Part shown: in pieces, positions 7,721 through 12,815 of the stretch | Position numbering within the stretch: the stretch's first letter is position 1 | Layout of the letters: the number at the start of each line of letters is the position of its first letter | Source of the DNA: Candidatus Eiseniibacteriota bacterium | GTDB taxonomy: Bacteria > Eisenbacteria > RBG-16-71-46 | Direction: 5' to 3' | Assembly: GCA_044222065.1 (NCBI GenBank) | Contig: JBGAOA010000088.1 | Span: 1 to 12,815, forward strand | DNA length: 12,815 nt | Translations under genes and position numbers: made by a program | Notes under the pieces: generated by a model | The model's input: the letters and a program-made list of their open reading frames with translations, nothing else | The model's database searches: none | What the model was told of the DNA's origin: nothing

Positions 7721-8893
7721 GTGGCGCTGCCGCTCGTCTACAACGTCCGCAACGTGATGCAGCGTCCGATCTCGACGCTCACGACGGCGATCGGGATCGG
7801 GCTCACGATCGCCGTGTTGCTCGCGGCGCTCGCGCTCGCCGAAGGCTTCCGCACGGCGCTGCGCTCGTCGGGCTCGCCCGACAAGGCGCTCGTCCTGAGC
7901 ACCGGCGCCGATTCCGAGGTGATGAGCGGGTTCTCGCAGGAGGCCGGCGACATCCTGCGCGGCCATCCCCGCGTCGCGACCGGCGCCGACGGCCGGTCGC
8001 AGGTCACGCTCGAGATGGTCGCGACGACGAACCTCGCGCGACTCGGCCAGACCGGATCCTCGAACATCCGCGTGCGCGGCGTGGACGTGAACACGATCGG
8101 CGTGCGCGTCCGGCCGACGATCGTCGCCGGCCGCATGTTCTCGCCCGGCGCCGACGAGGTCGTCGTCGGCCGCGCGATCTCGAGCCGGTTCGCGAACTGC
8201 CGCGTCGGCGACCGGTTGAAGGTGCAGCGCCGGCAGCTCGCGGTCGTCGGGCTGTTCGACGCCGGAGGCGCGTCGTACGAATCCGAGGTGTGGGGCGACG
8301 CGGCCGTGCTGCGGCCGCTCTTCCACCGCGACGGCGGCTGGCAGGTCGCGCTCGTCACGATGAAGGATCCGTCCGAATTCGAGGCGTTCAAGCGCGAGCT
8401 CGAGTCGGATCCACGGCTCGGCTTCAAGGTGCAGCGCGAGGATCGCTTCTACGCCGAGCAGTCCCAGGGCGTGACCGCGCTCGTCACCGTGCTCGGCGGG
8501 TTCATCACGGTCATCATGGCCGTCGGTGCGCTGTTCGGCGCGGCGAACACGATGTTCGCGAGCGTCGGCAGCCGCACCCGCGAGATCGCGACGCTGCTCG
8601 TGCTCGGCTTCCGTCCCGGAGCCGTGATGCTGTCGTTCGTCATCGAGTCCGTGCTGATCGCGCTCGTCGGCGGCGTGCTCGGCTGCCTGATCGCGCTGCC
8701 GATCAACGGCATCACGACCAGCACGACGAACTTCCAGTCGTTCAGCGAGGTGGCTTTCCGCTTCCGCGTCACGCCCGCGATCCTGCTGCAGGGGCTCGTC
8801 GTGTCCGTCGTGCTCGGCGTGCTCGGCGGCCTGCTGCCCGCGCGCCGCGCCGCGAAACAGAAGCTCGCGGCCGCGCTGCGCGGCGGCGTCTAG
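7721..8893 (+). CDS. Second ABC transporter permease (MacB/FtsX family), 390 aa
   Basis: YNVRNVMQR before TM1, GRMF in the periplasmic domain, RTREIATLLVLGF and C-terminal PARRAAKQKLAAALR. GGAG RBS. Confidence 0.93.
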   Translation: MALPLVYNVRNVMQRPISTLTTAIGIGLTIAVLLAALALAEGFRTALRSSGSPDKALVLSTGADSEVMSGFSQEAGDILRGHPRVATGADGRSQVTLEMVATTNLARLGQTGSSNIRVRGVDVNTIGVRVRPTIVAGRMFSPGADEVVVGRAISSRFANCRVGDRLKVQRRQLAVVGLFDAGGASYESEVWGDAAVLRPLFHRDGGWQVALVTMKDPSEFEAFKRELESDPRLGFKVQREDRFYAEQSQGVTALVTVLGGFITVIMAVGALFGAANTMFASVGSRTREIATLLVLGFRPGAVMLSFVIESVLIALVGGVLGCLIALPINGITTSTTNFQSFSEVAFRFRVTPAILLQGLVVSVVLGVLGGLLPARRAAKQKLAAALRGGV

Positions 8894-8896
8894 TCG

Positions 8897-9628
8897 CTAC
8901 TCCTCGACGCCCTCGGCGATGCGGTTCAGCCGCTCGCGCGAGGGAATGACGAAGCGGCGCTCGCCCGAGACGAGCACGTCCTCGCGGCCCCAGCGCGACA
9001 GGACGCGGATCGCGCTCTCGACCGTCGTACCCACGAGGTCGGCGACCTCCTGGCGCGAGAGGTGGATCGGCAGCTCGACGCCCTCGGGCGTTTCGCGCCC
9101 CATGCGCTCGGCGAGCGTAATGAACAGCCGCGCGATGCGCGACTCGACCTTCTGCCCGCGCATCTCGTCGAGCTTGCGCGTCAGCGACATGACCATGCGC
9201 GTCAGCTCGCGGATGATGCCGCGCGCGAAGTCGGGGTAGCGGTCGAGCAGCTCGAAGTAGTCGCGGCGCGGAAGCAGCAGAGCGCTCACGGGCTCGAGCG
9301 CGATCGCCGCCGCCGGGTAAGGCATGTAGTTGTAGACCGCGATCGCGCCCAGGCTCTCGCCCTCTTCGAAGATCTCGTAGATCACGTCGCCCTGTTCCAT
9401 CTCGCGCACGATCTTCACGCGCCCGCGCAGCAGGATCGTGAGCGCGTCGGACGGATCGCCCTCGCGCCACAGGTAGTCGCCGCGCGCGTACTCGCGCACG
9501 GACGCGAGCCCCGCGAGCTGGCGCTGCACCTCGGGCGAGAGCCCGCGAAAGATCGGGATGGAGCGGATCGCGGAGACGACGCGCTCCGACCTCAGGTCGG
9601 AATTCACGGAGCCCTCTCGGATCGCCAT
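8897..9628 (-). CDS. Crp/Fnr-family transcriptional regulator, DNR/NnrR-like (no Fe-S cysteines), ~243 aa
   Basis: cNMP-like beta-barrel (LWREGDPSD...LRGRVKI...GESLG), YPAAA motif and HTH LSRQEVADLVGTTVESAIRVLSRW. No Cys after residue 1. Start is ATG 9628 or GTG 9607 (the latter has a GAGGG RBS). Confidence 0.92.
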   Translation of the reverse strand: MAIREGSVNSDLRSERVVSAIRSIPIFRGLSPEVQRQLAGLASVREYARGDYLWREGDPSDALTILLRGRVKIVREMEQGDVIYEIFEEGESLGAIAVYNYMPYPAAAIALEPVSALLLPRRDYFELLDRYPDFARGIIRELTRMVMSLTRKLDEMRGQKVESRIARLFITLAERMGRETPEGVELPIHLSRQEVADLVGTTVESAIRVLSRWGREDVLVSGERRFVIPSRERLNRIAEGVEE

Positions 9629-9643
9629 ATGACGGCCGTCATA
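9628..9643. promoter_or_regulatory. Perfect 16-bp palindrome TATGA-CGGCCG-TCATA, a Crp/Fnr-type operator
   Basis: Exact inverted repeat with the TGA-N6-TCA core. It abuts the regulator's ATG and overlaps a candidate minus-strand promoter TTGCGC (9667-9662)-N18-TATGAC (9643-9638). Confidence 0.65.
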
Positions 9644-9726
9644 CGGGCGCGGGCACGGGCCGCGCAACCGGGGCCCATTCCTACCACTTCGGGCGGCGGC
9701 GCGCCCCACGAAATCCCGACCGGCAA

Positions 9727-9768
9727 CTGCCCGCGATCAGGGTGCGGGCCTCCCGGACCCCCGATGCT
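9727..9768 (+). promoter_or_regulatory. Candidate class II FNR/DNR-type activated promoter of the nos operon
   Basis: CTGCC-CGCG-ATCAG (9727-9740) resembles TTGAT-N4-ATCAA. Taking GATGCT (9763-9768) as the -10 element puts the box centre at -41.5. Confidence 0.45.
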
Positions 9769-9811
9769 GCCGTCGGCGATGCGGACACGGGGTCCGCCGC
9801 GAGGAGCCGAC

Positions 9812-10372
9812 ATGGACCGCCTCACCATCTTCGAACGCCTGCGAGCCGATCACGCCGGCGTCCTCGCCGAGCTGGACGCGATCGAAGCGCTGCTCGACGA
9901 GGCGCGCGCCGCCGCGACCGCGACGGGCACCGCGGGGCCCGAGCCGCTGCGCCTGCCGCTCCGCGCGCTCGAACGCCTGAGCGGCTTCGCGGTCCACCTC
10001 GAAGCGCAGTTCGCGACCCACCTCGCCGCCGAGGACGAAGTGCTCTACCCGGCGCTCACCGCGAGGCTCGACAACGGACGCGAACTCACGGCGCCGCTCC
10101 ACGCCGAGCATCGCGAGCTTCGCGCGATGCTCGCGACGCTCCTCCTCACGCTCGCGCGCCCGGCCTCGGCGGCCCGCGACGAGCAGCTCGCCGTGCAGGC
10201 CCGCGACCTCGTGGACCTGCTTCGCATTCACATCCGCAAGGAGGAGGCGCTGCTGTTCGGCGTGGCCGAGCGCCTCCTGCCGCCCTGCGATCTCACCGAG
10301 CTGGAGGCGCGGCGCGAGCCGTCCGGCGCGCCCGCCAACGGCTCGTCCCACCCGAAGAAAGGAAGTGTATGA
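9812..10372 (+). CDS. Hemerythrin-like (HHE) di-iron domain protein, 186 aa
   Basis: Ligand pattern H...HxxxE...H...HxxxE (LRADH, HLAAEDEVLYP, HAEH, HIRKEEALLF). GAGGAG RBS at 9801-9806. No signal peptide. Confidence 0.88.
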   Translation: MDRLTIFERLRADHAGVLAELDAIEALLDEARAAATATGTAGPEPLRLPLRALERLSGFAVHLEAQFATHLAAEDEVLYPALTARLDNGRELTAPLHAEHRELRAMLATLLLTLARPASAARDEQLAVQARDLVDLLRIHIRKEEALLFGVAERLLPPCDLTELEARREPSGAPANGSSHPKKGSV

Positions 10373-10863
10373 GTCCCCGCTCGCTCGCTCCGCTCGCGAT
10401 CACGCTCGCGTTGCTCGCCTCCGGCTGCGGCTCCAAGCCGCAGGAATCCTCGTCGCCCGCGCCGTCCGCGTCCGCTCCGTCGCCGGCCGCGACCGAGATC
10501 CCGGCCGTGTCGCCGTACGACTCGGGGCCGCGCGCGGGCGAGTCGCCCGTGAACGCCGCGCTCGCGGAAGCCGGCGAGAAGCTCTTCCAGACGAAGGGCT
10601 GCTCGGCCTGCCACACGTGGGGCAAGAAGATGTCCGGACCCGACCTCCACGGCGTGACGTTCCGCCGCACCGCGCAGTGGATGGAGAACCAGATCCTCCA
10701 CCCGGAGGTGATGGTGAAGACGGATCCGATCTCGCGACAGCTGTTCGCCCAGATGGCGTTGCAGATGCCGAATCAGGGGCTCAAGCCCGACGAGGCGAAG
10801 TCGGTCATCGAGTTCCTGAAGAAGAAGGACCACGACGCCGGGCTGACGAAGCCCGCGCAGTGA
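10369..10863 (+). CDS. Monoheme cytochrome c lipoprotein (clade II nos-cluster type), 164 aa
   Basis: Lipobox LASG-C, Pro/Ser/Ala-rich linker, heme motif CSACH, GPDL, and a likely axial Met in QMPNQ. ATGA overlap with the hemerythrin stop. Confidence 0.92.
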   Translation: MSPRSLAPLAITLALLASGCGSKPQESSSPAPSASAPSPAATEIPAVSPYDSGPRAGESPVNAALAEAGEKLFQTKGCSACHTWGKKMSGPDLHGVTFRRTAQWMENQILHPEVMVKTDPISRQLFAQMALQMPNQGLKPDEAKSVIEFLKKKDHDAGLTKPAQ

Positions 10864-10886
10864 GCCACGAGAAAGGAGCAAGACCC

Positions 10887-12797
10887 ATGAAACGCGGAAT
10901 CACCGTTGCGCTGGCCGCCGTCGCCGCCGTCTGGATGCTGTCTCAGCTGCCGGGCTGCGCCGGATCGCGCGGCGGTTCCGCCGCGGGCGGAGACGCGGCG
11001 CAGAAGGTCTACGTGAAGCCGGGCGAGCACGACGCCTACTACGGCTTCCTGTCGGGAGGTCACCACGGAAACATCTACGTGTACGGCTTCCCGTCGTGCC
11101 GCCACATCACGACGATCCCGGTGTTCACGCCCGAGCCCGCGGTCGGCTACGGCTACGACGAAGAGTCGAAGGCGATGCTCGGCGGCCGCACGTGGGGCGA
11201 CGCGCACCACCCGGGCCTGAGCGAAACCGACGGCGACTACGACGGTCGCTGGCTGTTCATCAACGACATGGTGAGCGCACGCATCGCGCGGATCGACCTC
11301 GGCGACTTCAAGACGAAGCAGATCTTCGGACCGATCCCGAACCTGTCCGCCGCCCACGCGTGCCCGTTCCCAACGCCGAACACCGAGTACGTGTTCGCGG
11401 CCTCGCGCTTCTCGGTGCCGGTGCCGAACCGGTTCGTGAAGATCGAGGACTACGGCAAGGACTTCCGCGGCATCATCGCGGGGGTCAAGGTCGAGCCGAA
11501 ATCGGGCACGATGTCCCTGGGCTTCGAGATCCTGATGCCGCCGTTCGACTGGGACCTCGCGGACGCCGGCAAGGCCGTGAGCCACGGCTGGGAGTTCTTC
11601 ACCTGCTACAACAGCGAGAGCGCGTTCGACTCGCTCGAGGTGAACGCTTCGCAGAACGAGATGGACTACGTCGCGTGCGTGGACTGGCGCGCGGCCCAGA
11701 AGGCCGTGGACGAGGGCAAGGCGAAGACGATTGCCGGCGCCCCCGTGCTCGATCCGCAGGAAGTGAAGGGCATCGTGTACCTCGTGCCGGTGCCGAAGAG
11801 CCCGCACGGAGTGGACGTGAACCCGACGGGCGAGTACATCTGCGCCTCCGGCAAGCTGCAGGCCGAAGTGACGGTGCTCAGCTTCAAGAAGATCCAGGAC
11901 GCGATCGCCGCCGCGAAGTTCGACGGCGAGCGGCTCGGCGTGCCGGTGCTCAAGTACGAAGACTGTCTCGAGGCGAAGGTGCCCGTCGGCCTCGGACCGC
12001 TGCACACGCAGTTCGACGACAAGGGCAACGCCTACACGTCGTTGTTCCTCGATTCGCAGATCGCCAAGTGGAAGGTCGGCGCGCCGTGGAACGTCGAGGA
12101 CAAGATCGACGTCTACTACTCGATCGGCCACCTCATGGCGTCCGAGGGCGACACGCGGCATCCGACGGGCGACTACGTCGTCGCGCTCGACAAGCTGTCG
12201 AAGGACCGCTACCTGAACGTCGGCCCCACGCATCCCGAAGCGGCCCAGCTCATCGACCTTCGCGGGCCGAAGATGCAGCTCCTGTACGACTTCCCGACCT
12301 ACCTCGAGCCGCACTACGCGCAGATGATCAAGGCCGAGAAGCTGAAGCCGTTCACCGTCTACCCGATGGAGCAGAACAACAAGCCCGGTTCGATCAAGCG
12401 CGCCGAAGACGTGCGCGTCGAGCGCAAGGGCAACCGCGTGGACGTGTACGGCCTCGCGGTTCGCACGCATTTCGTGCCCGACATCGTGCGCGTCGTCGAG
12501 GGTGACGAGGTGTACTTCCACATCACGAACCTCGAGCAGGACGACGACATCGCCCACGGCTTCGGAATCCTGTGGTCGAGCTGCAACATGCAGATCGAGC
12601 CCGGGGAGACGAAGACGATGCACTGGAAGGCCGAGAAGGCCGGCGTGACGCCGTTCTACTGTTCGAACTTCTGCAGTGCGCTGCACCAGGAGATGCAGGG
12701 CTACATCGAAGTCCGGCCCCGCGGCTCCTCGGTCTCCGCGGTGCAGCGGCCGGACGCGAAGCAGCTCGAACAGATGGCGACGCTGCTCAAGAACTGA
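10887..12797 (+). CDS. nosZ: Nitrous-oxide reductase, clade II (Sec/lipoprotein signal), 636 aa
   Basis: CuZ His motifs DAHH, AAH, SPHG, GPLH, IGH and EPH. CuA site AHG...CSNFCSALHQEM. Signal MKRG-hydrophobic-LPGC with no twin-Arg. AAAGGAG RBS before ATG 10887. Confidence 0.97.
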   Translation: MKRGITVALAAVAAVWMLSQLPGCAGSRGGSAAGGDAAQKVYVKPGEHDAYYGFLSGGHHGNIYVYGFPSCRHITTIPVFTPEPAVGYGYDEESKAMLGGRTWGDAHHPGLSETDGDYDGRWLFINDMVSARIARIDLGDFKTKQIFGPIPNLSAAHACPFPTPNTEYVFAASRFSVPVPNRFVKIEDYGKDFRGIIAGVKVEPKSGTMSLGFEILMPPFDWDLADAGKAVSHGWEFFTCYNSESAFDSLEVNASQNEMDYVACVDWRAAQKAVDEGKAKTIAGAPVLDPQEVKGIVYLVPVPKSPHGVDVNPTGEYICASGKLQAEVTVLSFKKIQDAIAAAKFDGERLGVPVLKYEDCLEAKVPVGLGPLHTQFDDKGNAYTSLFLDSQIAKWKVGAPWNVEDKIDVYYSIGHLMASEGDTRHPTGDYVVALDKLSKDRYLNVGPTHPEAAQLIDLRGPKMQLLYDFPTYLEPHYAQMIKAEKLKPFTVYPMEQNNKPGSIKRAEDVRVERKGNRVDVYGLAVRTHFVPDIVRVVEGDEVYFHITNLEQDDDIAHGFGILWSSCNMQIEPGETKTMHWKAEKAGVTPFYCSNFCSALHQEMQGYIEVRPRGSSVSAVQRPDAKQLEQMATLLKN

Positions 12798-12815
12798 CCC
12801 GCGCGGGCGGGCCGG

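Noticed and set aside
5839..8893. ABC genes as nosF/nosY (NosDFY maturation transporter)
   Set aside because: The permeases are MacB/FtsX-type with an adaptor protein and no nosD. The nos accessory genes probably lie beyond the right edge of the window.
8897..9628. O2-sensing FNR proper
   Set aside because: No cysteines to hold a [4Fe-4S] cluster, and the helix is ESAIR rather than ETxSR.
10365..10886. N-terminal 174-aa extension of NosZ in the ORF track (apparent 810-aa fusion)
   Set aside because: It overlaps the cytochrome c gene in another frame. The real start is ATG 10887, with an RBS and signal peptide. The same reasoning trims ORFs 1152, 2228, 9062 and 9742.
12700..12797. C-terminal cytochrome c domain (cNosZ) or a clade I/Tat enzyme
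   Set aside because: The tail is only ~27 aa with no CxxCH, and the signal peptide has no twin-arginine motif.
12798..12815. Terminator after nosZ
   Set aside because: Only 18 GC-rich bases are visible before the window ends, so it cannot be judged.

Overview
High-GC bacterial window with four blocks. (1) A short structured 53-bp tandem repeat and a possible sigma28-type promoter precede a three-gene signalling operon: FIST/NosP-family sensor, soluble histidine kinase and receiver-domain protein (448-3286). (2) A probable ~150-nt non-coding RNA with 6S-RNA-like motifs and its own candidate promoter and terminator (3365-3518) converges on a 7Fe ferredoxin and an HD-domain hydrolase. (3) A MacAB/FtsX-type exporter operon encodes an adaptor, an ATPase and two permeases (4643-8893). 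(4) A nitrous-oxide reduction locus has a Cys-free DNR/NnrR-like Crp/Fnr regulator divergent from an operon of hemerythrin-like di-iron protein, lipoprotein cytochrome c and clade II Sec/lipoprotein nosZ, with two Crp/Fnr-type boxes between them. The best candidates for something new are the regulator/hemerythrin/cytochrome c/NosZ module and the unannotated ncRNA. All family assignments come from motif recognition by eye; no database searches were run.
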